Below, in pieces: positions 12,901 to 25,885 of a DNA stretch of 64,000 bases. Location of the stretch: contig JBHGNT010000017.1 in NCBI GenBank assembly GCA_043228905.1, forward strand, positions 1,488,001 to 1,552,000. The letters are read 5' to 3'. The translations under genes were made by a program, and so were the position numbers. The DNA comes from Azolla caroliniana (taxonomy: Eukaryota; Plantae; Polypodiophyta). The notes below the pieces were generated by a model. It did not search any database and was not told the DNA's origin. It worked only from the letters and a program-made list of their open reading frames with translations. The first letter of the stretch is position 1. Every line of letters begins with the position of its first letter.

Positions 12901-15422
12901 CAGCAACTCCATTTTGTTGTGGAGTATATCGGCATGTGAACTGTCTTCTTATTCCCTGATTACACAAAAAATCAGAAAATTCATTGGAGAAATACTCTCC
13001 TCCTCCATCAGATCTCAAACATTTTATCCTTGTACCAGCCTGCTTTTCTACCATGCATTTAAACTTACGAAAGCAGTCAAATACTTCACTTTTCTCCTTC
13101 ATGAAGTACACCCATGTCTTCCGTGAACAATCATCAATAAATGTAACATAAAATCTGCATCCACCAATAGATGCATTCTTTGTTGGTCCCCATACATCTG
13201 TATGTACCAAATCCAACAGATTTTTGCTTACATGTCTCTCATGAGGGAATGGCAACCTGTTCTGCTTACCATATTGACATGCTTCACATACTTTTCCCAT
13301 TTCACACTTTTTCAAGTTTGGCAGTCCAGCCACTGCATCTTTTCTCAACATATTCTTTAATGTTTGCATACTTATATGGCCAATCCTTTTATGCCACATT
13401 TCCACATCTGAGATTACACTCGTTCCATTTGCAAACATGGCTGAAATCTGTTTGGGCATTTCTACATCCAAGATAAACATTCTTCCTTGTCTCTTCCCTT
13501 TTGCAATGAGCTTCCCATTCTTTTCTATATAGCATCCACTTTGCTTAAACTTCACTTGCATACCTTGCTCTACAATCTGTCCAACAGAAATCAGATTCTT
13601 AGCAAGGTTTGGAACATGCATCACATTCAACATATACTTGGTTTTTCCTCTTTCTTCCCACAATGGGATATCTCCAACATGTTTTATTTGGTGAGTTGTG
13701 TCATCACCTGTTTGTACATAACCAGGAACCTCTGGTTCTCTTAAACTCTCAAACCAATTTGCATGTCCAGTCATATGGTTAGATGCCCTCGAGTCTACAT
13801 ACCACGTAAACTCTTCATTACATTTCTGTGAGCTTTCAGCCACTGCTGCTATCTCATGTTGCACTACAAAAACACCTTCCTTTTCACAATCTTCACTAGT
13901 AGAGGCATAGTTACTCTGTTGTCCTTTTCCTCTTTTCTCATCATTTTGTTTCTTGTAACATTCAGCCTGTGTATGGCCTGGTTTACCACAATACCAGCAG
14001 CCATCATCATTTACATAAGTTTGCTTACCTCTACCTTGGTTGCTCCCCCTGCCTCTGTTGTTGTTTCCTCCTCTATGAGCTTGTTGTCCTCTTCCTTGAA
14101 AACCATTATTATTGGTTCTTCCTGAGCCAAATCTTCCATGGCCTCTTCCTCGGCCTCTTCCGGCATTATTATAGAGGGCTTGCCCCTCGTTCTCTGAGTT
14201 TCCTTTATTTGCATCATCCATCTGATTCCTTTCCTCTACCACAAGCATTGAGACCAGATCTGAAAAACTTGGGATACTATCCCTTGTGAGCATAGAAGTT
14301 TTAAAACTCTTGTATTGAGGTCCTAAGCCTCTTAAGCATATTTCCACTTTGTCATCATCTTCTATCTTCACATTGATAGAAGCAAGTGACTCACATATAC
14401 TCTTGATTTTTAGGGCATATTCATTTATTGACATCTTACCTTTCTCCAAGGTATTTAGCTCAGTCTTTAACTGGAGCTTTCTAGCCTTTGTGTTCACAGC
14501 AAACAGTTTTACCAAGTTGTCCCAAGCTTCTTTTGGGAGCATAGCATCTTGTATATGCCCAAGCATTGAATCTGAGATGCTGAGTGATAGCCAATGCATT
14601 ACTTTCCTTGCCCCTTGATTCCAATCTTTAAATGCCTTAATATGTGCAGCTGTTGCATTCTCTTCTGGGATCTCTGGAGCCTCTTCTAGGTCTCCTTCAA
14701 TGTAATCCCAGTATCCTTTCCCCATCAGAAAGTTTGTCATTCTGAATTTCCACGCCGGGAAATTGTTTTTATCTAATTTCTCTGTGACCATTTGGCCTAC
14801 ATTCTCTGCAGCCATTTTTTTCCTTCCAAAAAACCAGGGTTTTGCTTTAGTTACTTCAACAAGTAACTTTCTGATTTCTGATCAGCAACCAGAGAAATAA
14901 CTTTCTCAGATTAAGGCACTGCTATACTCTTCCTTACGAGCTACTCTGCTCTGATACCATGTTAAGAAAACGTGAAGAAGGCACTCGGGCTCTTCTTATG
15001 TGTGCGCGGCGGATCGTAGTGTGCTGGATCGTTAGCGTGCTCTAAACAGACAGAGAAAGGAAAGGGGACTTACCTCTGTAGTAGCAAAATGGTTTTCTTC
15101 TATTACATGTAGAGCTCAACTTGCTCTCGTCAGTCTTCTGGTCTCTCACTCTCTCTCAGAGTTCTCTACTCACTGTATGTCTTCTTACTGCTTACTTCCT
15201 ATTCACTCTCACTTACTTTTACCTAAGTCATAAGTTATTACACATGCAGCTAATTAGCTGCCAGTAGCTAATTAGCTGTCAGTCGCTAAATAGCTGTTCA
15301 CTAGCTAATTAGCTGTCACTAGCTAAATAGCTGTTTTACCTTTTTGTTCACTAGTAGCTAAATAGCTACTGTAGCTTATTTCTCATAAGCATCGCATACC
15401 ATGTTGAGCTTGCTTCTCAACA
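9987..15422 (-). mobile_element. Ty1/copia LTR retrotransposon B, full length and near intact
   Basis: 463-bp LTRs at 9987-10449 and 14960-15422 (2 mismatches seen). TSD GAAAG at 9982-9986 and 15423-15427. PBS TGGTATCAGAGC at 14948-14959; PPT GAGGGGGAG at about 10450-10458. Confidence 0.98.
10490..14815 (-). CDS. gag-pol polyprotein of copia B with one in-frame stop between RT and RNase H
   Basis: 1275-aa ORF with [32 protein letters not shown] and YVDD. It ends at TAA 10988-10990 and continues in the same frame as [25 protein letters not shown] to 10490. Confidence 0.95.
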
Positions 15423-15509
15423 GAAAGGAGCCGAATCTAGAAGGGCAACAAGAGAGTCAAAAATCGGCATGACTAAACAAACTGAAACGGCAAAGTCGAA
15501 AAGGGATCA

Positions 15510-15730
15510 TTGGTAACTCACCAATCATGTAAAATTTGTGAAAGTAGAGCAATTTGTTCAGTTTGACCCTTGAGCTTAGGAGGTTTCAAAGAACATATGG
15601 AGGGATATAAAGAAGCGGGGGGACAAATATCATTCATAAGAAAATAATTCTGCAAAGGCTTTACAACTTGAGATCAAGAAAGGATGGTAATTCCTAATAG
15701 CATGTGTGGCATAATATGGACAAATGATTG
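15510..15730 (+). repeat. Orphan copy of the UGT downstream flank
   Basis: ggtaactcaccaatcatg..caatttgttcagtttgacccttgag..tttcaaagaaca matches 26121-26330 and 44754-44870. Confidence 0.75.
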
Positions 15731-16989
15731 TACACTATATTGAGAATAGAAAGATAAATAACATATTTCCATTAATACCAAGGTCAATCTTTAAATAAAT
15801 AAATAAATATATCAATGGTTGTATATTATTGATTCTATGTGATAACCAAGATGTTTATAACGGGAGATACCTTGATGCCAGCTATTCCTACTAGGTTCTC
15901 ACTAGCTCTTTGGCTATATTTGCATCCTAAATGGAAATCAAGTCTTTTCCTAGGGGTTTAGATGTGGAATCTCTCTCCAACCACTATGTTTTTAATACTT
16001 TTCAGGGTGAGTACCGATAGCTTGGGAATTTCATTTGATTGATGCAACTATTCCAAAATATTTGTGTAAACATTTTAGGTGGGACAAGATCTTTACTGTT
16101 AGTATGTAGTTTTGGGTTGGTTCTTGGGCTAGTTGAGTGGCTCGCACAATACCCCAACTCTAGATGTTCTATAATCTGAGGGGAATTACTGAAAGTGAAG
16201 ATTGGGTTGCCGGATTCACTGGTGGTGAGGTTCGCGATTCCAGGGATGAATGTTGGGTGAGCACGGAGTCAGCCGTGTCCTCGGCAAGCTCTGTGCAACG
16301 AGACGGTGGCCGAAAGTGAGCACTTCTGTTGGGCACTGTACTGGCGACTAGGATTACCACCACGTGAGTTCGATGTGCTACACAGCGTGAACAGGGTGTG
16401 CCAAATTGTGTTACCTTCCTAACTAGAGGTGACACCTTCGACTTCTAATCAAAGTCGGATCAAAGGATTGTGGTACGGGGTGGTCGGAATGATACTCGCC
16501 ATAGAGTATCCACATGTTACGTAAGGGAGGATTCCTCCCCTTAAGTGCTAATATGTGGGGGTGATTCACCACGGGAATTCACAAGGAGTAGTCACACGTA
16601 ACACGACACGATACATACAAGAACACAAAGTAGACCCAACACTATATGTATTACGAAATGAGATACTGATTACAATCACATGGCTAACTGCTGGAATGGA
16701 TCCAATACCCTGGATTAATTACGTAGTATACTTAGATCTTTTTCCTCTTCTTTTCTATATCTCTTTCTTTGCTCCTTATATAGGTGTTCTTTGGTGCGCT
16801 CCTTCTCCTTCCACGTTTACGGTTGTGTGTATTTCGGCTGATTCTGGTTGTTTACCTATTGCTACCTAATTCCTATTACGATTCTTATTCTTTACAATTT
16901 GGCCCATGGACAACACCAAATAGCCTCTTTGGCCACCTCTAAGGCAACTATGATACCTGACCTCAATGTGTTTCATCTTCGTGTGATAT

Positions 16990-19400
16990 ACTGAATTCCG
17001 AATGAGATGGATTGTGCTCTGTGAGTCGCGATACAAAGTTGGCGTTGGATGGTTAGTTCAGCGCTTGGCCGAAAAATCGACCGATAGTCGTTGCAACTAG
17101 ATAACCTCTTTGGCTGCCTTTGATGTGGCTATGTATTCGGCCTTTGTTGTGGACAGTGTCATGCATTCTTGCAGTTTCCACCTCCATGAGATGGCTCAGC
17201 CTCCATAGGTGAAAATATATCCTAGCGTAGATTTTTTATTGTCAAGGTTGCCAACATAATCAGAATTTGTGAAGTCAGTTGTAAAATCTCGGTGCCTCAA
17301 AGGTACCAGAATATGTGTTTTACAACTTGCTATTGGCTCTTTCCGGGATTAGACATGTATCGACCATCGTGTGCAATATATGCAACATATGCAATATTTG
17401 GTTGAGTGACCATAATCGTGTACATGAGACTTCCTATGGTTGATGCGTAGGGAATTCGGTTCTTGAGCTCGCTCTCTTCCTCTGTGGAAGGAGAATCCCT
17501 ATCCAATAGTTAGATCGACATTAGGAGAGGTGTTGGTGTCGGCTTCAAATTCTCCATGTTGAAGCGCTTCAACACCTTCTATAAGTAGTCGGATTGGGAG
17601 AGCCAGAGGATCATTTTTGTTTGATTTCGCTCTATCCTCATGCCCAATATGTGTCAGGCCTCTCTGAGTTCCTTTGACATCGAGAATTTCTCGTGAAGTT
17701 GACATTTTAGCTTCCCGATTTCTGCTTTATCGCTACCACCAATAAGCATGGCGTTGACGTATACGATCATGTAGATCTAGGACTCATTTGCCAATTACCG
17801 AATGTACAAACATGGGTCTAAGTCAAATCGGCTATAGCCAAGCTACTGGATGAAGAAGTCGAACTTCTAGTACCACATCCTTGCCACTTGTTTTAAGCCA
17901 TATAGGCTTTTCTTCAGTCTACAAACGAGGTGCAGTTTCTCCCCCATTGTTGTGAAGCCTATTGGTTGGACATGTAGATATCCTCTTCCAAATCTCAATG
18001 GAGGAACGTTGTCTTCATGTCCAGCTGCTCTAGCTCAAGTTCTTTCGTCGCTACGACCCCAAGAAGGAGCCAAAGGGTTCTCATCTTCACTACCAGATAA
18101 CAAACCTCACCGTAGTCGACCATGTTCCAACTTGAAACCTTTCACAATGAACTAAGCAGTGTACTTGGGTTTGTCCGAACCATACACATATTTGTACCTA
18201 AAAACCCATTTGCAGAATAGCGGCTTCCTTTTGGCTGGTAGTTCAACCAATTCCCATGTGCTGTTTTCCTTTATTGGGTCCATTTCGGATCACATGGCTT
18301 GGTGCCATGTTTCAACATCTAGCACAATTATTGCTTCTTCATGAGATTAAGGTTCGCAAGTGTCTGTGTAGTCCAAGTACAGTTAATAAAACTCTGTCCG
18401 CCTTAAGACTTGTTTGAATCTCTTTGGTGCCGATTTTGTGGGTTCGGATTCTTCGATTAGCACAAATGTCAGATAGACATGTTGTGAACCTCTATGTGAA
18501 GGAGATCATTAAGGGGATCTGTTGTAGCATTAATCTTGTGTTGATGTCAAATCTCCTCTACCCCTACCTTGAGAGTATTCGACCAGTAAGTTTGTGTCTT
18601 GGCCGGCTCGGATTGGCCATGTGACATCCTGGCCGATTTGGCTCTGGTAGCCGATTTGATCTTGGTCGATTTTCTAGCCGATGAAGTTTCAACTGTTGGA
18701 CCATTTTATGTTGGATCCCTTACTCGAATAGGTACTTAGCGAAGGCTTTGGAGGTGTATTCTCTTCCATCGTCTTACCTTAGCGTCTTCACTTTATAGCC
18801 AGACAGGTTTCAATTTCGGCTAGCCACCGAGTGAAATCCTCTAGTGCTTTGTTTTTTTAACTTAATTGAGTAAAGCCCAAACCTTCTGTATACAATCATC
18901 AAGAAATGTGATGAAGTATTGAGAGCCGCCTAGAGATCTCCCAACCATTAGCCTATAGATGTCAATGTGGATCAACTCCAAGGGCTTACGTACCATCTCT
19001 TAATAAATTGAGTGTGGACTTGTAGTCTGTTTCTCGTATTAGCAATGATTGCAAGAGTTTGTTTCAGCTTAACGGACTTTCGGTATGTAGCCAATTGCCG
19101 ATAGTCGTTCTAATCCGGCTTATGACATGGGGCCAAGTCGATCATGTCATAACGTAGTTGTCGGCATTTCAGCTACATCGAGTGATCCCCTCAAAATTAT
19201 CACTATAGGCGGGTACAAATTATTGTACTTGCCGCTATGACCGATTTTGAGATTTCCTCTAGTGATCTCCTATGACAACTTGCTTAGTGTCATCTTGTAC
19301 CCATCTTCAGCTAGCATGCTGATGGAGACGAGACTCCTTTTGAGCTCGGGTATGTGCCGAACCTTGCTCAGGTTCAGTTACCCACTTTTATAGTTCGGTT
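16990..19400 (-). mobile_element. Old, degenerate Ty1/copia pol remnant
   Basis: Minus-strand motifs with many stops: protease/GAG-pre-integrase region (VRHIPELKRSLVSISML, about 19310-19360), integrase (LELIHID..YFITFLDD, about 18895-18980) and RT (VCRLKKSLYGLKQ, about 17890-17925). Confidence 0.8.
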
Positions 19401-19469
19401 AACCGAGCCCTAAGTGTGTTTACACTAAGAATACAATTTGGGTAGAGTGGGACTTTTATCCCAAACACT

Positions 19470-19720
19470 CTTAAATCAGCCTTACCTTTTGAAGTTACAA
19501 AAACTATTTATGGGATGGATACACAGAATCATGGAATAAAATGATGATGATAAATGGCTTTGGAGGATTATGTTTCGAATGAGTGGATGAACCTTTCTAT
19601 GTTAGTATATGATGTGCCACCACATTGTGTAGCCCTCTCTACAGCTGTTTTAAACTTTTGAGCTCTGCTTCTCATTTCACTGCCTTCATCGTCATGAAAG
19701 AACAAATTCACAGCCCTCTC
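19470..19720 (-). pseudogene. 3'-terminal UGT fragment with 3' UTR
   Basis: ERAVNLFFHDDEGSEMRSRAQKFKTAVERATQCGGTSYTNIERFIHSFET* at 19568-19720. The flank matches 228-350. Confidence 0.88.
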
Positions 19721-20586
19721 CTTTGTGGGTTTCCTTTTATGCTTGGGCAACTTCTAAAGTACCTTTGGTCAAGATTTTTGAACCCTAATCTCTTCAACCT
19801 CTTTTAGAAGAAGAAAAAAAAGTGCTCCTGCTCAATCGCTTCTCTTTTTGAGCTACATTCAGTGGCGCATTGGGGCATTTGCACATGTGATGAGGAAATA
19901 TGAAAGACTAAGAATGAATCTCAAAATATGAGAATGGTTGTAAAATGCGGAATAATCCTCCTTATATAGGCCAAATATGGCCATTTGGACTGGTTGTTGG
20001 GGTGGATAGCCATTGGTTGGTCCCCTTCGGAATAAGCTGTCCCAAACCAATGTATGGCTTCTTTGGGACTGGGACTTGGCCCCCTTGGTGACGAGTCCCA
20101 GTTCAAATTGAGACTATGTCCCGGTTGGCACAACCTAGGGACAACACATTGGTTTCTAAGAGACCCAAGTCTTCCGACCAACTTCACATGCACAAATGTT
20201 CTTTTAATATATGATTTTCTATTTGGTTGGAATTTTAGGTGCTCAACTCCTCCCATACTTGTAAGATTAATACAAATATTTTATAATCGAATCTCAGACA
20301 AAGTAGGGGAGTGTGACACAATCAGTGGGAGGGATGGTTGGGGTTGTATGACCAGGCGTGTTGTGGAAGTGAATGAGGTGGAACCCAAGTTTGGCGCTCT
20401 TCCTGGCGAAATACGAAAAGACGATTGTCACAATGGACTGCTTGTGAAATAGCTTGGGATACCGAGGTGGGCTCCAAAAAGTTTAAGAGAAGATTCTTGA
20501 CTGTCATGATGACACTTACATGCAATTTAGGTTTACAAGGAATCGAACCCACAACCTTGTTATATTCGCATCTAGTTCTTGACCAT

Positions 20587-20907
20587 TGTAATGATATATT
20601 TATTTGTAAAAGAATTGATAAACTATATGAAATACTATAGAGTAATCTAGAGTACTCTATGTTCTAGAATATTCTAGAGTGCTCTTTTGTCTAGGAAATT
20701 CTAGAATATTCTAGCATGGTCTTTATTCTAGGAAGTTCTAGAATATTCTAGCATGGTCTTTATTCTAGGACTTTCTAGAATATCCTATTAAAACTTATAA
20801 ATATGCATACTACCTTAAGGGATGAACCAATTTGGTTCAACACCATTCTTGAGCTCCCTTGTTTACTCGTTGTATTCCACTCTTCTATTGCAATACATTA
20901 TCTTTAC

Positions 20908-20908
<1 letters not shown>
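20587..20908. mobile_element. Probable LTR fragment with internal TTCTAGAATATTCTAG repeats
   Basis: TGTAA..TTACA ends, TATAAATA at about 20796, and short palindromic repeats at 20640-20785. No TSD found. Confidence 0.45.
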
Positions 20909-20939
<31 letters not shown>

Positions 20940-20944
20940 TGACA

Positions 20945-21965
20945 GACATTGCTTTGAAGGCCGCGCCGAAAGTGATCAACTAAAGCTTGATCATCCCAAT
21001 TGATGTCGCATGCTAGTTGTCGCAATTCTGAAACATAGACTGAAGTTGCACGTGAACCTTGTTCGAGTGCATAAATCTTGTTAAGAGTTGTACGTCGTCG
21101 ATCCGTCTCTTCAAATGTGGCCTCTAACTCGGCGAGGAAGGTGGGAAAGTCCTCCAATAGAGGTGACGAGGTTTCTACCAATGGTGCAAACCAAGCTTGG
21201 GCCGGACCGGAGAGAAGGGTGCCCACAAGGCCGACTTGTCGCAAACCATCTCCATAACGTTGAGGTTGTAGTTGAATGATAAGTCGAACTTGGTTGATGA
21301 ACCCTCGGAAACGCAACCTCGTTCCATCAAAATTTTCTGGGATGCTAACCTTAGGCTCAAGAAAATGCAACGAAGCTAGGCTAGATGTTGGTAGAAGATC
21401 GGGCTCTAGGTTAGGTTGTTGTGGGAGATTAGGCTTCGGGGGTTGTGAGGATAGGGAGGCACCGACTTGAAGTTCTTGTAAAGAATTCCAAAGAGCTTCA
21501 TTTTCAAGCTGGAGTTGTCGTAAGGCTACCATTATTTGGCCTAACTCACTAGTTGAGTCGGACATAACTATGGCTTATGAGAGGGAGAGCTATGAGGATG
21601 GGAAGGTGAACAAACTGTCACGGATAGATCATAAGCTCAAGAGACAAGAAAGAAGATAGACAAATGGACGAGTAGTATTAACGGAAAGACTCCATAACTG
21701 GTGTTGTTCACCTTGAATTCCTTCGAGGTGAACTCCTCTATTTATACTACATGGCATGCATACTTGTTGCATGCATGTGAATCTACAATAGAGCATGTAG
21801 GTATGCATGAATGTGCCAAGTGTAAATACTACAAGGGAGCAACTATGCACATGATGCTAGCAAAACAATAAGGACCAATTACATACATAACTGTGTACTA
21901 GATATATTGATTAACCCATGATACTAGATTATAACATGGTCGTGTCGAGAGTTCGAATCTTGACA
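20945..21965 (-). mobile_element. Truncated Ty3/gypsy (Tf1/Tcn1-like) element: 5' LTR plus gag
   Basis: LTR 21616-21965 (TGTCA..TGACA). The gag ORF from 21565 has PENFDG..FRGFINQV..WFAPL..QGSRATSVYVSE..FRRGL and is truncated at a (CT)n tract at about 20940. Confidence 0.85.
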
Positions 21966-21989
21966 TGATCACTTCCCATTGAGATCGCA

Positions 21990-23290
21990 ACTAAATAAAT
22001 GCTTAAGGTTCAAAAATGTCCCTCACGTCGACTTCCTAGAATTGCATGGAAAGCAAGAAAAAAGATCCAAAAGCCGCATAAAAGCAAAATTTCGTGTTCC
22101 GGTTGGATGCAAGATATGGAAAAATGGTTTGATATATGGGATGCAACACACTTGATTCATGATGCTTCATTGGATTCCTCTATAAATGAGGCCTTTTTGC
22201 AACTCCAATGTATCATGGCATGGGACTTTCGTGTTCCGGTTGGATGCAAGATATGGAAAAATGGTTTGATATATGGGATGCAACACACTTGATTCATGAT
22301 GCTTCATTGGATTCCTCTATAAATGAGGCCTTTTTGCAACTCCAATATATCATGGCATGGGACTTTCGTGTTCCGGTTGGATGCAAGATATGGAAAAATG
22401 GTTTGATATATGGGATGCAACACACTTGATTCATGATGCTTCATTGGATTCCTCTATAAATGAGGCCTTTTTGCAACTCCAATATATCATGGCATGGGAC
22501 TTTCGTGTTCCGGTTGGATGCAAGATATGGAAAAATGGTTTGATATATGGGATGCAACACACTTGATTCATGATGCTTCATTGGATTCCTCTATAAATGA
22601 GGCCTTTTTGCAACTCCAATGTATCATGGCATGGGACTTTCATGTTCAGGCTCATGCTTCACACATTATACCACACATATTGCACCTAACTACAAAACCA
22701 TATTCTTTGGAGAACGGGGAAACCGTACATATCGATACATGTTTTTCAAGAAAACATATCATTCCATTAGTTTTAAGAAGCATATCAGCTACAAAATACA
22801 AAATAGATGGAAAGGAAGTGACTATCCTTCCCTAGTCCGTCATGTGTAAGATAATGGCCAACCATGAATCCTTCGTTTGATAGACTTGATTGAGCACTTC
22901 CTCAATAGTTGTTATCTACCATTTGAACCATTGCTTCCATGAGACTTAGCTCACATGCATTGCGATGTGAGCTGGGGCGTTGTGGCATAAGTGATGAGAG
23001 TGGTCGACTATGCACACTTTGCCCTAAACAAGTCCAAGATTCTAAGTATCACACTTTGATACAATGCTCTACCTTTGATCATATTCAACCATGCTTTCCA
23101 CAAATCTTCGACCAAGCCCAATCTTTGCACGAACTTCTCTCACAACCACAATGTGCACTCTCGATTGCAATATTCATTGGTAAAGTTCTTGAACATCGAG
23201 ACTTGCTACTCACTTTCACACGTATCACATGAATTGTAATATTTTTTGTCTCGTATGACATATTTGACCTCTGAAAACGATAATAGAATC
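21990..23290 (+). mobile_element. Non-LTR retrotransposon (LINE) ORF2 3' remnant
   Basis: RLPRIAW.. followed by RLSSHALRCELGR..RLCTLC..YHTLIQC, resembling the C-terminal cysteine-rich region of LINE ORF2. Disrupted. Confidence 0.6.
22090..22645. repeat. 137-bp tandem repeat, 4 near-identical copies inside the LINE relic
   Basis: The unit tttcgtgttccggttggatgcaag..catggcatgggac starts at 22090, 22227, 22364 and 22501. Only one variable site was seen (aatGt/aatAt). Confidence 0.95.
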
Positions 23291-23854
23291 TAAGTATCTC
23301 TCTCTCTTGTCAATTTCTAAATGTATTTTAGGTCACATCCATAAATTTGACTTGCTAAATTGATGCTGAGGAATTTGTGTATTGGTCTTAAAAAGTATGG
23401 GAGAAGTTGAGCAGTAAAAATTCCAAACGTGCAGGATGGACAATCATATATTAAAAGAACACTTATGTATGTCGAGTTGGTTGAAAGACTTGGGTCTATT
23501 ATGAACAAACACATGTTTCTAAAAGAGAGAGAGAGAGAGAGAGAGAGACTACACACACCGACATTTTGATTTATGAGAAGCGAGGGGAAAGCGATTAAAA
23601 AATTCAAATGACGTGCCTGAAGGAGAACCATATTACAAAAGAACATTCCACCACACATTCAAGATTTTATACATGTCAAAAAAAAAGAAGATTTTACATA
23701 TGCTATGTTGGGTTGGAAGATTGATCCGTGAACAATGAATAAAAAAGGGCATTTTAGTCATTAATTTACTTTACCATGAAGGTATATATGTGTATGTATT
23801 TACCTGCCTTCATCACTCCAACCAAAGCTAGCTAGAGGCAGAGGCTAAGCAGCC

Positions 23855-25885
23855 ATGGCCACATCAGTTGATTCAGCTGTGGACTTAGCCTCTCATGGTA
23901 GTGGTAGTAAGAGAGCTCGTGCCCTCTTCATTCCCTTCCCAGTGCAAGGACAGATCAATCCCATGATACATCTTGCCAAAACACTCACAAATCATGACCA
24001 AAACCTCCATATCACACTCCTCAACAATTGCCACCACCACACTCGCCTCATGGCCAAGGCAGGCGGTCATCATCGAAGCCCATCGGCCATGGACGAAGTA
24101 GACACCGAAGAATTAGGTCGGAGAGGGTTCTCGGAGGAGACCTTGGTACAACCCAACCTTGGCTTGGTTTGTCTGGACAATGGTCTCCCTACCCATTATG
24201 ACTATGTCACTGCCCAGGATTCTCCTGACAGGATGAGAGTGATTTTCGAGAGTTTTTCAGCCATGTCCAAAAACCTGAAGCTCTTCCTCCAGCATTTGGA
24301 GGAGAACGAGAAGCAAAGCTGTTACACCAAAGTTTCCTTCATAGCTGTCGGTATCTTTTGTGGTTGGGCTATCGATGTGGCCGTTGATCTCGGCATCCCG
24401 ACTGTCCTTTTCTCTACCCAATCCACGATTGTCTTGAGCCTGTATTTGCACGTTCATCTGCTTACCTCCAATGGCTTCTTCAGTGAAGGTTAGTAACTTA
24501 GTGAAAGTAATTCATTTGTCCTTGAATCTTTTTCATCAATCTGTTTCTTAAAAGTTGTTACAGTCAACATTATCTTCAATCTCTAAAGTTTTTAAGTGAC
24601 AAAAGATGGATTGTTTAGGCTATCATTTCCCCATATCTAAAGAAGAGAGAAATATTTTGCATCAGAGATATTATATATAGAGATACCATGTCCTTGACTC
24701 ATGAGATATTACCATAGCTTATGATTTATCCATTGATTATGAAGTTCCCCCTCCCTCATCTTAGCTCTAATCTAAGACAGAATTTTAAATGTATACTTTG
24801 CTCAAAGAAAATGAGGTGACTTAGCATCAAAGCTAATTGAAGTGATTATAGTCCTGATCTTTCAGTAATTGTTTCAATGGATTGTTCCTGAAAAGTTCAC
24901 TTTCAATTATTACAAACATTAACCCTGTCCTTCATGTGTCTCAGAAACCAAGTTTCATGAGGAAGAAAACCCGAAGCTTTATGGTGAAGATGCAAAAGAT
25001 CAGCTCGTGACCTACATACCCGGTATACCAGGGCTCCCGCCTTCAAGCTTCCCGACATTCATGCATGTACATGATCCGTCGAGTCCTTCTGTTGAGTTCC
25101 TGAAAATACATTCCAACAAAACAATGCTTTGCAATGCAATCTTAATTAATACTTTTGAGGAGTTGGAAGGAGAAGCATCCCGAGCACTCGAGTCAGAGTT
25201 CCATATCCCTGTGTATCCTATAGGGCCCGTGGCTCCGATGGATGTGAAAATGAAACAAGAAGATGAGAATGCTTGTATCACATGGCTGGATAAGAAATCC
25301 AAGCATTCAGTTGTGTACATTTCTTTTGGAAGCCTGTGGAATCCTCCGGTCGAGCTCATCAAGAGTATAGCAGAGGGGCTCAAAGCAAGCAAACAACCTT
25401 ACTTGTGGGCACTTAGGCCCTCAAACTTGTGGCCTTCCCCCAATGTGTATGAGTTTTTACCGGAGCATTTCTCCGAAGAAACGGATGGCCTTATCATTCC
25501 ATGGGCTCCTCAACTTGATGTACTCGCTCACTCATCTGTTGGTGCCTTTCTCACCCATTGCGGATGGAATTCGACATTGGAGAGCATGTGCATGGGGGTG
25601 CCCATGATCCCTATTCCTATTAAATCTGACCAACCTACAAATTGTAAGCTTATTGTAGATATATGGAAGGTGGGTATGAATGTCAAGTTTGTACTACATT
25701 CGGACGGACCTGTTGTGGGTAGTGACGATGTCGAGAGGGCCGTGAAGGTGCTCTTTCATGACGATGAAGGCAGTGAAATGAGAAACAGAGCTCAAGAGTT
25801 TAAAACAGCTATAAAGAGGGCTACACAATGTGGTGGCACATCATATACTAACATAGAAAAGTTCATCCACTCATTCAAAAAATAA
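23855..25885 (+). CDS. Family-1 UDP-glycosyltransferase, 2 exons (23855-24488, 24945-25885), about 524 aa
   Basis: N-terminus ALFIPFPVQGQINP. A phase-1 GT..AG intron restores the frame. PSPG box WAPQLDVLAHSSVGAFLTHCGWNSTLESMCMGVPMIPIPIKSDQ. Confidence 0.95.

Noticed and set aside
11187-14618. Many short plus-strand ORFs
   Set aside because: Antisense shadows of the copia polyprotein with no recognisable motifs.
16100-16900. Possible LTR or gag fragment
   Set aside because: TE-like in composition, but no matching termini, TSD or convincing protein motif was found.
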